From Bdellovibrionota bacterium (GTDB taxonomy: Bacteria > Bdellovibrionota > UBA1018 > CAIPTA01 > JAALKR01), in NCBI GenBank assembly GCA_965207455.1, contig CBDBMJ010000001.1, positions 992,001 to 1,056,000 on the forward strand: a stretch of 64,000 nt of DNA, in the 5' to 3' direction. The notes beneath the pieces were generated by a model. The model had not been told where the DNA came from. It searched no databases and saw nothing but the letters and a program-made list of their open reading frames with translations. A program made the translations under genes and the position numbers. Positions 32,722 to 43,017 of the stretch are shown here, piece by piece (the first letter of the stretch is position 1; each line of letters opens with the position of its first letter).

Positions 32722-34003
32722 TTTTATCATTGTAGGAGCAGGTCCTAAAGCATTAGCGGTTGTTGCTAAATCGTATGTGTTAAATAAGTTATTTGATATA
32801 TCAATGCCGAAATTTCACATTATTGAAAAAAAAGAAATCGGTGCTAACTGGACAGGTAGTAACGGTTTTACAAATGGAAATTTAAAACTTGGAAGCCCGC
32901 CACAAAAAGATGTTGGATTTCCTTACAACTCAAAAATATTTGGAAATAAAAATGATGAATTAGTTAATCGTGAGATGAGAGCATTTTCTTGGGATATGTA
33001 TTTAATCAATAATGGGAAGTATGCTGACTGGATAGATAGAGGTAGACCCAGTCCGATACATATTGAGTGGGCTAATTATTTAAAGTATAGTTTTTCGCTT
33101 TTAAAGGATTATGTGGAAATTCACTCAGGAGCTTTAAAAGAAATCTTTTATAGTAATGGAACGGTTAGTGTAAATTTTGAAGATAAAGGCAATCTTAATC
33201 ATCTTGAAGCAGATTACTTGATGCTGACAGGTCCTGGGGAAACTACTTTAAAGCAATCTATTAAGAGCGAAAGGATATTTGATATTAATTCTTATTGGAA
33301 ATCTGATATTGAATTTGAAGAGAATGAAAAAATCCTCATTATAGGAGGCGGTGAAAATTCTGCGACTATTGCTCTTGATATACATCAAAAATTTAAAAAT
33401 AAAAGTATCACTTTAAATATTATCACACCCAGAGGAATACTCTTTACTAGAGGAGAGAATTATTTTGAAAATAGAGTTTTTACAGATGCCAGTAATGGAC
33501 ATTGGGACCAGTTAACTAGAGATGAAAAAATATCATTTCTTAAGCATACGGATTTTGGAGTTTATTCAGTTGATGCTATGAACGAATTAAGTTATAGTGC
33601 AAATTTAAATGTTATTAAAGGAATTGTAAAAGAAAGTACTGAATTAAATAATAAGGTTTTGGTATCGTTTGAAGATAAGAGAAAAGAAAACTCTTCCTAC
33701 GATAGAGTTATTTGGGCCAATGGATTGAAAAGAACAGGCTTACTAAGTTCAAAATTAAATTTTGAGAGCAAGAAAGAACTAGAAAGTATTATTGGAGAAA
33801 TAACGGATCGTAACCTTGAAAATAAAATAGACTACGATCTTTCATTAACTGGCATTGGAACCAAAATTTTTCTTCCAGCAATTTCAATGATTAGCCAAGG
33901 CCCAGGTCTTTCTAATTTAAGCAGTTTGGGCACTATAGCTGATAGAATTCTTTATAGTTTAATTTCTGTTGAAAATAAGGAGTTATATCATGTTTCAAAT
34001 TAG
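32705..34003 (+). CDS. Lysine/ornithine N-monooxygenase, MbtG/NbtG-like
   Basis: VGAGPKALAV, IGANW...LGSPPQKDVGFPY, WIDRGRP, IGGGENSA, QGPG.SNLS.LG. Confidence 0.88.
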   Translation: MRSQSNFIIVGAGPKALAVVAKSYVLNKLFDISMPKFHIIEKKEIGANWTGSNGFTNGNLKLGSPPQKDVGFPYNSKIFGNKNDELVNREMRAFSWDMYLINNGKYADWIDRGRPSPIHIEWANYLKYSFSLLKDYVEIHSGALKEIFYSNGTVSVNFEDKGNLNHLEADYLMLTGPGETTLKQSIKSERIFDINSYWKSDIEFEENEKILIIGGGENSATIALDIHQKFKNKSITLNIITPRGILFTRGENYFENRVFTDASNGHWDQLTRDEKISFLKHTDFGVYSVDAMNELSYSANLNVIKGIVKESTELNNKVLVSFEDKRKENSSYDRVIWANGLKRTGLLSSKLNFESKKELESIIGEITDRNLENKIDYDLSLTGIGTKIFLPAISMISQGPGLSNLSSLGTIADRILYSLISVENKELYHVSN

Positions 34004-34634
34004 ACAGCTTTATAGAAGTGATGCAAATGAAGTAAATAATATAAGAAAAGAAGCCTACGGCAAAGCCAAGGGAATGACAGTAAAAGATTCAGGGATTTTC
34101 TGGAATAAATCTGATGACCAGTCAACAGTTTTAGGCATTTATAACAAAACCAAGTTAATCGCTACAATGCGAGGTGAAATTGTAACATCCTTAGGAATAG
34201 TAGAAAAAAAAATGGAATGCCCTTGGACCTATGATAGTTTTTCTTTTCCTGCAATGATTCTTAGTAGAGCATCTATTAACTCTAAGTACGAAGGTAAGGG
34301 CTTTATTTCTATTTTAAGACTTCTTTTTTTTAAGTTGGCCCATAAATGGGAAGTTAAAACTATTCTTGGAACCATGACTGCAAATTCTCGTAGAATAAAA
34401 AGCATGGAAAATATGGGATATCGTTTTTTTGAGAATAATCTTGGTTGGGGTTGGAGAGATTACGGTTATGTATCACAAGATAAAGTTTTAATTTCAGTAC
34501 TTGATTTTGAAAAGCTTGAAACATACGCCTTGAAGAAACTAGAAACTAAATACAAAAATTTCATAGACAATGAAATAGATTTAGATTTGGATTTAGATTC
34601 AGTTTGCTATAACGAGGTTAAGGTGGTCGGTTAA
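33990..34634 (+). CDS. GNAT-fold acyltransferase
   Basis: LIATMR; LSRASINSKYEGKGFISIL acetyl-CoA motif A; MENMGYRF. Confidence 0.7.
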   Translation: MFQIRQLYRSDANEVNNIRKEAYGKAKGMTVKDSGIFWNKSDDQSTVLGIYNKTKLIATMRGEIVTSLGIVEKKMECPWTYDSFSFPAMILSRASINSKYEGKGFISILRLLFFKLAHKWEVKTILGTMTANSRRIKSMENMGYRFFENNLGWGWRDYGYVSQDKVLISVLDFEKLETYALKKLETKYKNFIDNEIDLDLDLDSVCYNEVKVVG

Positions 34635-34636
34635 CT

Positions 34637-35476
34637 ATGGACATATTAATATATATCTCTCTTCATACCATAAATATATGGTTGTTAAAAAGCCTTTCCC
34701 TAGAGAGCGTGCCCACTGAAGTAACATTAATAATAAGAGGATTAGGTTGTATTATTATGTCTGTAATTTTTGCATATAAAAATAATTTCAGTCTACTACC
34801 TAAAGATCCTAAACTTCAGTTAACACGACTTTTTACAGCAGGGCTTGGCCTTGGTCTAATGATTGCTTCTTATCAATATGTTAATGCATCAACAGCTGCT
34901 GTTTTGTTTAAGTTTGATGTAATTTTTCTTATTTTTATATCTATGTTTTTGGGAAATAAAGTAAAGACAATGATTTACTATGCTTTGGGAGCATTTGCTT
35001 TTCTTTTGACACATATATTTTTCTTTAAAGAATTTTCTGAGAATATCTTGGGATATATCACCGCACTTATTGGCACTTTTATTATTTCTATCGGATTTTT
35101 ACTATTAAATAAATCTGGTCAGTCTGAAAATCAAGCTGTAACATGCCTTGTTCCAGGAATTTCTATCAGCCTGTTTGGTGTTTTGTTGGCCTTGAAAAAA
35201 CAAGGAAATTATTTTGATACATTAAATGTTTCTTTGTTAATGGCGTTATGCTCTGGAATAATTATGTTTGCAATATATATTTATACTTTAAAATTATATA
35301 AAAAATACTCAGTTGTTTTTGCAGAAATTTTAACTTTTATTTGCATTATATTACTTGTTCCAATAGAGATTTGGGGATTGAGAACCTCGTATAGCCTCCA
35401 ACATTTATTTTCAATATTGGTCATCGCATCATATACTTTATTTGTTTATCTAAAAAAATATAAATCGCATACCTAA
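34637..35476 (+). CDS. DMT/EamA-family exporter
   Basis: About 10 hydrophobic segments in two repeats, 279 aa. Confidence 0.75.
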   Translation: MDILIYISLHTINIWLLKSLSLESVPTEVTLIIRGLGCIIMSVIFAYKNNFSLLPKDPKLQLTRLFTAGLGLGLMIASYQYVNASTAAVLFKFDVIFLIFISMFLGNKVKTMIYYALGAFAFLLTHIFFFKEFSENILGYITALIGTFIISIGFLLLNKSGQSENQAVTCLVPGISISLFGVLLALKKQGNYFDTLNVSLLMALCSGIIMFAIYIYTLKLYKKYSVVFAEILTFICIILLVPIEIWGLRTSYSLQHLFSILVIASYTLFVYLKKYKSHT

Positions 35477-35544
35477 AAAACGGCTCTGAAATTCAAATAA
35501 ACTTAATGCGCCGCGCGCTTTATCATAAGCTATCTTGCTTGAAA

Positions 35545-35787
35545 TTATTGTGTGATTTTGCTGGCCTCTAGCTCCGCATCCAAGGACAACTGATCAGAGG
35601 TGTTGGAGAGGAAGCGAACACGATTGGCTGCAATTTCACGAAGTGCCGTCACTGCGGGCTTATTTTTGCTATACACTAGGGGTTCAGAGCCAGAATAAAG
35701 CTGACGGGCTCGCTTAGTACACAGGTGCACTAGCTCATATCGATTACTGACCTGTTTTAAACAATCTTCTATGGTAACTCTAGCCAT
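35545..35787 (-). CDS. rpoZ: RNA polymerase omega subunit
   Basis: MARVTIEDC...NRYELV...KRARQL...ALREIA. Confidence 0.95.
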   Translation of the reverse strand: MARVTIEDCLKQVSNRYELVHLCTKRARQLYSGSEPLVYSKNKPAVTALREIAANRVRFLSNTSDQLSLDAELEASKITQ

Positions 35788-35819
35788 GGCTGTAAGTGTA
35801 CAGACAAATGGATGAAAAA

Positions 35820-37130
35820 TCAAGCACTCTCGGGCTTGGATCCCTCACTGGAGGTCTTTTTTTTCTTTCGCTTTACAGCGGTGGGTTCAGAGTAAATCAT
35901 CTCGGGCATTTCCTTTTTAAGGATTACCTCTTCCGTCACAAGGCATTTCTCCAAATTACTCATACTGGGAACCTCATACATCATATTTAACATGGCTTGC
36001 TCCAGTACTGCCCGAAGTCCTCTTGCCCCTGTCTTACGCTTGAGGGCCTCTTTGGCAATGGCTTTAATGGAGGCCTCGCTAAACTCCAAGTTCACGTTAT
36101 CATAGCTAAATAACGCCTTAAATTGCTTGAGTAGGGCGTTCTTGGGCTCCGTCAAAATTCTTGCTAAAACCATTTCATCCAATTCGTTTAGGGTGGTGAG
36201 AACGGGTAAGCGTCCCACAAATTCAGGAATAAGGCCAAAGGATAGCAGATCTTCTGGCTCCACCTCAGCCATAATTTTATCCATTGAACCACTTTTTCTG
36301 CTTCTCACACTGGCAGAAAAACCCATGGAGCGCTTTCCTGTACGAGCCTCAATTACTTTTTCCAAGCCAATAAAAGCACCACCGCAGATGAAAAGTATAT
36401 TGGAAGTATCCACCTGTAAAAATTCCTGCTGTGGGTGTTTTCGTCCACCCTTGGGCGGGATATTCGCAACCGTGCCTTCTATAATTTTCAGCAACGCTTG
36501 TTGGACGCCCTCACCGGAAACATCACGGGTGATGGAAGGGCTTTCTGATTTCTTTGAAATCTTATCTACTTCGTCGATATAAATGATTCCTTGCTGAGCT
36601 TGCTGCACATTGAAGTCGCAACTCTGTAGAAGGCTTAAAATAATATTTTCCACATCCTCACCAACGTAGCCTGCCTCAGTTAATGTGGTGGCATCCGCAA
36701 TAGCAAATGGCACATTTAAAAACCTGGCTAACGTTTGGGCTAAAAGAGTTTTTCCTGAACCCGTGGGGCCGATTAAAAGCACATTGGCTTTGGACAGTTC
36801 CACATCCGATGACTTTCTACTCTGAATGCGCTTGTAATGGTTGTAAATGGCAACCGATAAAACTTTTTTAGAATTCTCCTGACCCACAACATATTCATCT
36901 AAATATTTTTTAATCTCCATGGGCTTGGGTAAATGAAGGGCGTCGTTTTTTTTTGTAATTTCTTTAGGATTATCGTCGTCGACAATAATGCTATTACAAA
37001 GCTCCACACATTCATCACAAATGTATACACTTGGTCCAGCAATTAGTTTTTTTACTTCACGCTGACTCTTGCCACAAAAGGAACAATTAAGAGCTCCCCC
37101 GCCTTTACCACCATTTTTTTGCTTAGGCAT
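35820..37130 (-). CDS. clpX: ATP-dependent Clp protease ATPase subunit
   Basis: CSFCGK Zn finger, [30 protein letters not shown]. Confidence 0.97.
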   Translation of the reverse strand: MPKQKNGGKGGGALNCSFCGKSQREVKKLIAGPSVYICDECVELCNSIIVDDDNPKEITKKNDALHLPKPMEIKKYLDEYVVGQENSKKVLSVAIYNHYKRIQSRKSSDVELSKANVLLIGPTGSGKTLLAQTLARFLNVPFAIADATTLTEAGYVGEDVENIILSLLQSCDFNVQQAQQGIIYIDEVDKISKKSESPSITRDVSGEGVQQALLKIIEGTVANIPPKGGRKHPQQEFLQVDTSNILFICGGAFIGLEKVIEARTGKRSMGFSASVRSRKSGSMDKIMAEVEPEDLLSFGLIPEFVGRLPVLTTLNELDEMVLARILTEPKNALLKQFKALFSYDNVNLEFSEASIKAIAKEALKRKTGARGLRAVLEQAMLNMMYEVPSMSNLEKCLVTEEVILKKEMPEMIYSEPTAVKRKKKKTSSEGSKPESA

Positions 37131-37144
37131 AAATAAAGTTCTCC

Positions 37145-37780
37145 CTATTTACTGTCTTTGGGTTTCTCATGGCGTGTGAGCACTTTGTCGATCAGCCCAT
37201 ACTCCTTGGCCTCTTGGGCACTCATGTAGTAATCCCTATCCGTGTCCTTTTCCAGCTCATCTTTTGTTTTTCCTGTAAGGTCGCCCAAGATACTATTAAT
37301 CTTACTCTTTAAATACAATATCTCTTTTGCTCGAATCTCAATATCTGTGGCCTGGCCCTGAGCTCCCCCCAAAGGCTGGTGAATCATAATTCGAGAATTC
37401 ATAAGAGCATAGCGCTTTCCCTTGGCTCCAGCAGCTAAAATAAATGCTCCCATACTGGCTGCCATCCCCGTGCAATAGGTAACCACATCACATTTAATAA
37501 AGCGCATGACATCGTAAATGCCCATCCCCGCACTAATACTGCCACCAGGAGAGTTAATATAAAGATGAATATCCTTGTCTGGGTCGTTCCCCTCTAAAAA
37601 TAACATCTGTGCGATTAAAAGATTGGCCACGGTATCATTGATCTCTGTGCCTAAAAAAATAATCCTATCAAGCATCAGGCGAGAGAAAATATCGTACTGC
37701 CTCTCCCCACGGGGAGTCTGCTCCACTACTACTGGATTCGGAATATAGCCAGACGCGTTAAATTCTTTGGGATCCCACAT
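37145..37780 (-). CDS. clpP: ATP-dependent Clp protease proteolytic subunit (start uncertain)
   Basis: [29 protein letters not shown]. Confidence 0.97.
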   Translation of the reverse strand: MWDPKEFNASGYIPNPVVVEQTPRGERQYDIFSRLMLDRIIFLGTEINDTVANLLIAQMLFLEGNDPDKDIHLYINSPGGSISAGMGIYDVMRFIKCDVVTYCTGMAASMGAFILAAGAKGKRYALMNSRIMIHQPLGGAQGQATDIEIRAKEILYLKSKINSILGDLTGKTKDELEKDTDRDYYMSAQEAKEYGLIDKVLTRHEKPKDSK

Positions 37781-37922
37781 ACTATTGTTTCCTACCATTA
37801 TTGAACTTATAAATCTATTCGGCAACCATACCTAGTTACTAAAGAAAAAACACTCGCTGAGAGAAAAAATACTTCCCTAGACATTTATTGATCCATGGGG
37901 AAATACAAGATAAAAGGACACT

Positions 37923-38891
37923 ATGAAAATAGGTTCTTACCCACTGGATACACTTTGCCGGCTAGCGCCCATGGCTGGAATTTCTAATATTCCCTTCCGA
38001 CTAATCTGTAAGGAAATGGGTAGCTCGCTGACCACAAGTGAGGAAATCAGTGCTGCGGGACTGGTGCGCAACCAGGCTAGAACAGGGGAGCTTGCTCGCT
38101 ACCTATATGAGGAAAAGCCCATTGCCATGCAGCTAGTGGGTTCCGACCCCACCATACTGGCAGAGGCATCTAAAATTCTTGTCGATAATGGAGCCAATAT
38201 CATTGACTTAAATATGGGATGTCCAGTACCAAAAATAACAAAAACAGGTGCTGGGTCGGCCCTTATGAAGGATCCTCTCCAGTGTGCTCGTCTCTTGAGG
38301 ACTATTCGTAGGGCTATCCCCCACAATCCCTTTACCATTAAAATTCGTGGCGGCTGGAGCGACCAGCAGGTAAATGCCCCTGAGATTTCTCAGATTGCAG
38401 AAAAGGAGGGTGTGGATGCTATCACTGTACATCCTCGCACCCGCTCTCAGGCATTCAGTGGAGTGGCCCCCTGGAATATTATACAAAGTGTGGTGGAGAG
38501 TGTATCTATCCCTGTCACAGGCAACGGGGATGTAAAATCCTTTTCCGACGCCTTTTCCATGAAAGAAAAAACGGGCTGTAAGAGTGTGATGATTGGCAGA
38601 GGGGCACTGGGAAACCCTTGGGTGTTCCATCCAACGATGGAGAGTTGGTCCCTAAAAAAACAGCACGAATATAAACAAAAAATAATTAATCGTCACTTTC
38701 AGCTTATGGAAACCCATTTTTCAGAGCGATTTGCCTGTATACAAATGAAAAAGCACCTAGCTTGGTATATTCGCAATACCCAGGGTGCAGCCCAAGCTAG
38801 ACAAATTATTTTCGCCCTAAAAACAAAACAGGACGTGCATGGATTCTTTGAAGACTACTGGGGAAGGTGCGGTCCTTCGGACTCCAATTGA
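37923..38891 (+). CDS. dusB: tRNA-dihydrouridine synthase
   Basis: LAPMAG, IDLNMGCP, GAGSAL, TVHPRT, GNGDV, MIGRG. Confidence 0.9.
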   Translation: MKIGSYPLDTLCRLAPMAGISNIPFRLICKEMGSSLTTSEEISAAGLVRNQARTGELARYLYEEKPIAMQLVGSDPTILAEASKILVDNGANIIDLNMGCPVPKITKTGAGSALMKDPLQCARLLRTIRRAIPHNPFTIKIRGGWSDQQVNAPEISQIAEKEGVDAITVHPRTRSQAFSGVAPWNIIQSVVESVSIPVTGNGDVKSFSDAFSMKEKTGCKSVMIGRGALGNPWVFHPTMESWSLKKQHEYKQKIINRHFQLMETHFSERFACIQMKKHLAWYIRNTQGAAQARQIIFALKTKQDVHGFFEDYWGRCGPSDSN

Positions 38892-39061
38892 GCAACGACC
38901 GTAAGCAAATACTCACTTAAAACTTCCCGTAAACTCTCCATTGTCATCTCCACAGGAGAGATTCCCTTTTTCTTTAATAATAGGGCTAGCTCCTCTTGGA
39001 TTAAGTGTTTGGGGAGACCTGTTAGTTCAGCCACTTCATCAAATAGTTTGTTTCCTAACAT
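38855..39061 (-). CDS. Small hypothetical protein
   Basis: 68-aa amphipathic helical ORF with an RBS-like GGAG upstream. Confidence 0.55.
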   Translation of the reverse strand: MLGNKLFDEVAELTGLPKHLIQEELALLLKKKGISPVEMTMESLREVLSEYLLTVVAQLESEGPHLPQ

Positions 39062-39300
39062 CAGTGGAGTTCTCCTCTATCCCTAAGGACTATAAAATTC
39101 CATACTGTTTACATTCCATACTACCTAAGGTTTATCATACTGATCTATAAAGAATTATTGCAAGGGTTTGTGTAGCTATTTTTTACCAGCCCAGCGCATC
39201 ATTTTCCTGTTGTCTTAAAATAAAATATTATTCAATAGAGAGGCATGACATAACTCGAGGCATTATCTCAAGTTCCCTTAGAAAAAGGAAATGCAACAAT

Positions 39301-40251
39301 CTAATTACAAGTTTTCTCAAAAAAATCAGCTCCACTAGTAGAACAATTTATGACTAAGCTAGAATTCACAGGGCTACCAAGAAAGGCTCTCTGATCCCCA
39401 ATGCCAGTGAAACTTCCCCACCGTACATTCAGTTCTATTAATTTTGGAGTATTTGTAAACATATAGGTTGCAGACGTAAGACTAGTGACATTCCAATCAG
39501 ATAAATCAGCCGAAGCTAACTTCTGAGCACCATAAAACATGGAGTCCATATTCTTTACTTGAGAGGTATCAAAACTAGATAAATCAAGCGAAGTCATGAC
39601 CGAGAAAAAAAACATAGAATTCATATTTGTTACTTGAGAGGTATCCGTATTGCCAACAGTAAATCTACTCAGCTTTTGACATTGATAAAAAGCATTGTGA
39701 AAACTTTTCCAACCCACTACTCCAAGGTTTTTTACTTCAATAAGTTTATTTTTATCATTATAGGATTCAAAATCCAAAGCTGGAAACTTTGAGCCTGTTA
39801 TTTTAATTATTTTATCTCCTGCTGATCCATAAGTATGAGTAATATCATTACTATAAGCATTAACTTCTTGCAGTTGAGAGCTATCACCCCAATCAATAGT
39901 AAAATCGTATTCAAAGTTATTTCCATCTTCATCAGATTCCTTTAGAGGAAGGGTGACAGTATAGTCTCCATCTCCATAATTTGAATTTCCAACACGCCAA
40001 ACAGACTCAAAACCACTATTGGAATTGTCATCACTATTGTCGTCATTATTGGAATCGTCATTACTATTATCGTTATTACTATTATCGTTATTACTATTAT
40101 CGTTATTACTATTATCTACATTATTAACATCACCGTTATATCCTGTAGTAGAATATTCATTGGCAAAACAGCCATTCAGTAGAACCAAAGCAGATAGCGC
40201 TACCATAGTATATACACTTCTTTGTAAAAAAATTATTGTAGACAAATACAT
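39301..40251 (-). CDS. BspA/DUF285 LRR surface lipoprotein with PKD-like domain and Asn/Asp/Ser linker
   Basis: Lipobox LLNGC; NNDNS repeats; FTIDWGD; DTSQVTNMNSMF repeats. Confidence 0.85.
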   Translation of the reverse strand: MYLSTIIFLQRSVYTMVALSALVLLNGCFANEYSTTGYNGDVNNVDNSNNDNSNNDNSNNDNSNDDSNNDDNSDDNSNSGFESVWRVGNSNYGDGDYTVTLPLKESDEDGNNFEYDFTIDWGDSSQLQEVNAYSNDITHTYGSAGDKIIKITGSKFPALDFESYNDKNKLIEVKNLGVVGWKSFHNAFYQCQKLSRFTVGNTDTSQVTNMNSMFFFSVMTSLDLSSFDTSQVKNMDSMFYGAQKLASADLSDWNVTSLTSATYMFTNTPKLIELNVRWGSFTGIGDQRAFLGSPVNSSLVINCSTSGADFFEKTCN

Positions 40252-40432
40252 TGGAAAACTCCTCCTATATATAGCTTCGGAATAATTTAAAATTACTTTA
40301 ATGAAATCTGAAAATTAAGTAAAAAATCAGGACTGCAATGAATTTCCATAACCTGAAAGCAGGTGTTCTCGTCTTAACCTTGAATCAACACATATTAGTT
40401 TTCACAAGTAAAAAGGAGGAGCCTGCAACAAT

Positions 40433-41464
40433 CTAATTACAAGTTTTCTCAAAAAAATCAGCCCCACTAGTAGAACAATTTATGACTAAATCAAAATTCA
40501 CAGGGCTACCAAGAAAGGCTCTCTGATCCTCAATGCCAGTGAAACTTCCCCATTGTACATTCAGTTCTATTAATTTTGGAGTATTTGTAAACATGCCGGA
40601 CGCAAACCTAAGACCGCTCACATTCCAATCAGATAAATCAGCCGAAGCTAACTTCTGAGCACCATAAAACATGGATCTTGTATTCGTTACTTTAGAGGTA
40701 TCCAAACCAGATAAATCAACCGAAGTTATGGCCGAGGAAAAAAACATGGCACTCATATCTGTTACTTTTGAGGTATCCAAGCCAGATAAATCAAGCGAAG
40801 TTAAGCTCCGGGAGTAATAAAACATTTGACTCATATCCGACACTTCTGAGGTGTCTGTATTGCCAACAGTAAACTCACTGAGTTTTTTACACTGATAAAA
40901 AGCATTGCTAAAATCTTTCCAACCTACTACTCCAAGGTTTTTTACTTCAATAAGTTTATTTCTATCATTAGAATAAAGATACAAAGTTGGAAATTTTGGA
41001 CCTTCTATTTTAACTGTATAATCCCCAGCTTCTGCATATTTATGATCTGCACTAATACTTTCGGTATTAAATGTTTCAGATCTTGATCCATCACCCCAAT
41101 CAACGGTGAACTCGTATTCAAACTCATTTCTATCTCTATCGGTTTTCTTTAGAGGAAATGCAATGCTAAGCTTTCCATCTCCATAATCCGAATTTCCAAC
41201 ACGCCAAACAGACTTAAAACTACTATTAGAAACATCATCGCCACTGTCACTACCACTGCCACTGTCACTGTCATTGTCACTGTCATCTATATCAACAGTG
41301 TCAGTATTATCGGGATCAGCGGTAGTACTGGCATTATCACTGTCATTGAAAAGCTCTATACTAGAATGTCCTTTACCAGTACAGCCATTCAATAGAGCTA
41401 GTGTGGATAGCATTATTACGATATAGATACTTCTTTGTAAAAAAGTTATTTTAGATAAATACAT
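40433..41464 (-). CDS. BspA/DUF285 LRR surface lipoprotein, tandem paralog
   Basis: Lipobox LLNGC; FTVDWGDG; DTSKVTDMSAMF; near-identical C-terminus to 39301..40251. Confidence 0.85.
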   Translation of the reverse strand: MYLSKITFLQRSIYIVIMLSTLALLNGCTGKGHSSIELFNDSDNASTTADPDNTDTVDIDDSDNDSDSGSGSDSGDDVSNSSFKSVWRVGNSDYGDGKLSIAFPLKKTDRDRNEFEYEFTVDWGDGSRSETFNTESISADHKYAEAGDYTVKIEGPKFPTLYLYSNDRNKLIEVKNLGVVGWKDFSNAFYQCKKLSEFTVGNTDTSEVSDMSQMFYYSRSLTSLDLSGLDTSKVTDMSAMFFSSAITSVDLSGLDTSKVTNTRSMFYGAQKLASADLSDWNVSGLRFASGMFTNTPKLIELNVQWGSFTGIEDQRAFLGSPVNFDLVINCSTSGADFFEKTCN

Positions 41465-41697
41465 TGGAAAACCCTCATCATTATTTTTTCAAATTTAACA
41501 AATCTACTCCTACACATGGTTTCGGAAGAATTTGGAATTACTTTAGGAAAAAAAAATAATGAAATCAGGTAAGAAATTGGGGTCGCAAGGGATTTCCGGA
41601 ACCTGAAAACAGGTGTTTCTGCTATAACCTTGAATCAATACCTGTTCGTTTTTATGTATGGAAAGGTAAGTTACCGCATCCACCTTTGCCTATCTTT

Positions 41698-41997
41698 TTA
41701 TACCTTCACCCGGCCCAGGTGTTTTTTCAGTTCGTCGGAAACCATACTTTGAAAAGGAGAAAGCCAAACCGACAGCTTGATGGAGATACTAACCTCAGAG
41801 GAAGCCCCTTTTTCCACCACCATTAAATCACCAGAAAACTTTTTGCCCTCTATATGACCCTTAGTTTTCTTGTCTTCCCAAGAAATATTCCCTCCCCATT
41901 TTTCCAAAACTTTTTTTTCCTTAAGGTAGGATTTGACCGCCTTATACACATCATCCTTATTTCCTTTTATTTTTTTATTTATCTTTACTGCTGGCAT
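41698..41997 (-). CDS. Polyhydroxyalkanoate-system-associated small protein (PHA_gran_rgn-like)
   Basis: MPxVKI...W...F.G.L.V...V.I.L...LSPF pattern; start overlaps the ygfZ-like stop. Confidence 0.55.
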   Translation of the reverse strand: MPAVKINKKIKGNKDDVYKAVKSYLKEKKVLEKWGGNISWEDKKTKGHIEGKKFSGDLMVVEKGASSEVSISIKLSVWLSPFQSMVSDELKKHLGRVKV

Positions 41998-42911
41998 TGT
42001 TTCCCTTCCTTCAATTGTAAGCTTTCCACTGTTACGGTGCCCCTTTCCAATTCTAGGCAAGTCCCCTGTATACGATAAGACCACTTTACAACTCCTAAAG
42101 CAAGTGCCCCACCTAGCTCTTTTGAAACCGCACTGGTAATTTTTCCAACTACTAGGTCTCCCTTTTTTAAGATCATTCCAGGGGTTAGTTCTTGATCACT
42201 GGTCAACTGTACTAAAGTTTTGGGTGGCTTTCCTAAATTTAAGGACTTCTCAATCACCTCCTGCCCAGGATAGCAGCCTTTTTCCCGATGGATCCAAGAT
42301 AAAAACCCAGCCTGCAATGCGGGAGTGGAATTCTCCCACTCCTGGTGGTGACGGGGCCACTGACACAAAATCCGAAGGCGCTCCCAAAAAGCCTCCTCCT
42401 CCCTTAGTTGCCAACCTCCTAAAAAATCCTCACCATTTATACAACAAGTCCAACCTAGGACGGGCATGGGCCAAGAAAGATAATTACCCTCTAGCGTATA
42501 AGAAAAATAGGGAAATAGATCAGCCTGTGGGATGGGCAGGGAAGAAGGAGAGGGGTGTGGATTTTCCAAACTCTCGAAATTCTCGAAATTCTCGAAACTT
42601 TCGAAGCCCTTGGCTTCTATTTTTTTCAACACCCAAGCCTCTCCAAAATGAAGACGCTCCAGTTCCTTTTCCAATAAGGAAGCACAGGAGGGCTCACAGA
42701 TAAGGAAAAATCCATCTTTAGACGTACGAAAGAGTAAAAAAGCTGCCACTAGGGTGCTGGTTCCAGTCAGGATCAAGGCACGGGTAGCTCCACCCACAGG
42801 CATTTGAGAAACCTCCACTGTGGAAATACGGTGAAGGTATTCGGGAGCATCCTTTCCCTGTAAAGAAAAGCAAGCTAAAGACAAGGGACGATAGGATTTG
42901 ATTCTGCGCAT
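41985..42911 (-). CDS. ygfZ: YgfZ/GcvT-family folate-binding protein
   Basis: GKDAPEYLHRIST; KGCYPGQEVI signature; VGKITS. Confidence 0.8.
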   Translation of the reverse strand: MRRIKSYRPLSLACFSLQGKDAPEYLHRISTVEVSQMPVGGATRALILTGTSTLVAAFLLFRTSKDGFFLICEPSCASLLEKELERLHFGEAWVLKKIEAKGFESFENFENFESLENPHPSPSSLPIPQADLFPYFSYTLEGNYLSWPMPVLGWTCCINGEDFLGGWQLREEEAFWERLRILCQWPRHHQEWENSTPALQAGFLSWIHREKGCYPGQEVIEKSLNLGKPPKTLVQLTSDQELTPGMILKKGDLVVGKITSAVSKELGGALALGVVKWSYRIQGTCLELERGTVTVESLQLKEGKQCQQ

Positions 42912-43017
42912 AAATTTGGTCTCCAGTCCTTATATTTTTCTCCACTCACTACAAATTGACAATATACCGTCTTTCGGTCTAACTTAATAGAATATAGAAA
43001 AATCTGGGAAAGAAAAA

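Noticed and set aside
31672..35476. Hydroxamate siderophore cluster
   Set aside because: No IucA/IucC synthetase, NRPS or TonB-dependent receptor; the cupin-MetRS plus oxidase pairing fits N-N chemistry better
40330..40350. Sigma54 promoter upstream of the BspA genes
   Set aside because: GG-to-GC spacing is 9 nt rather than the required 10
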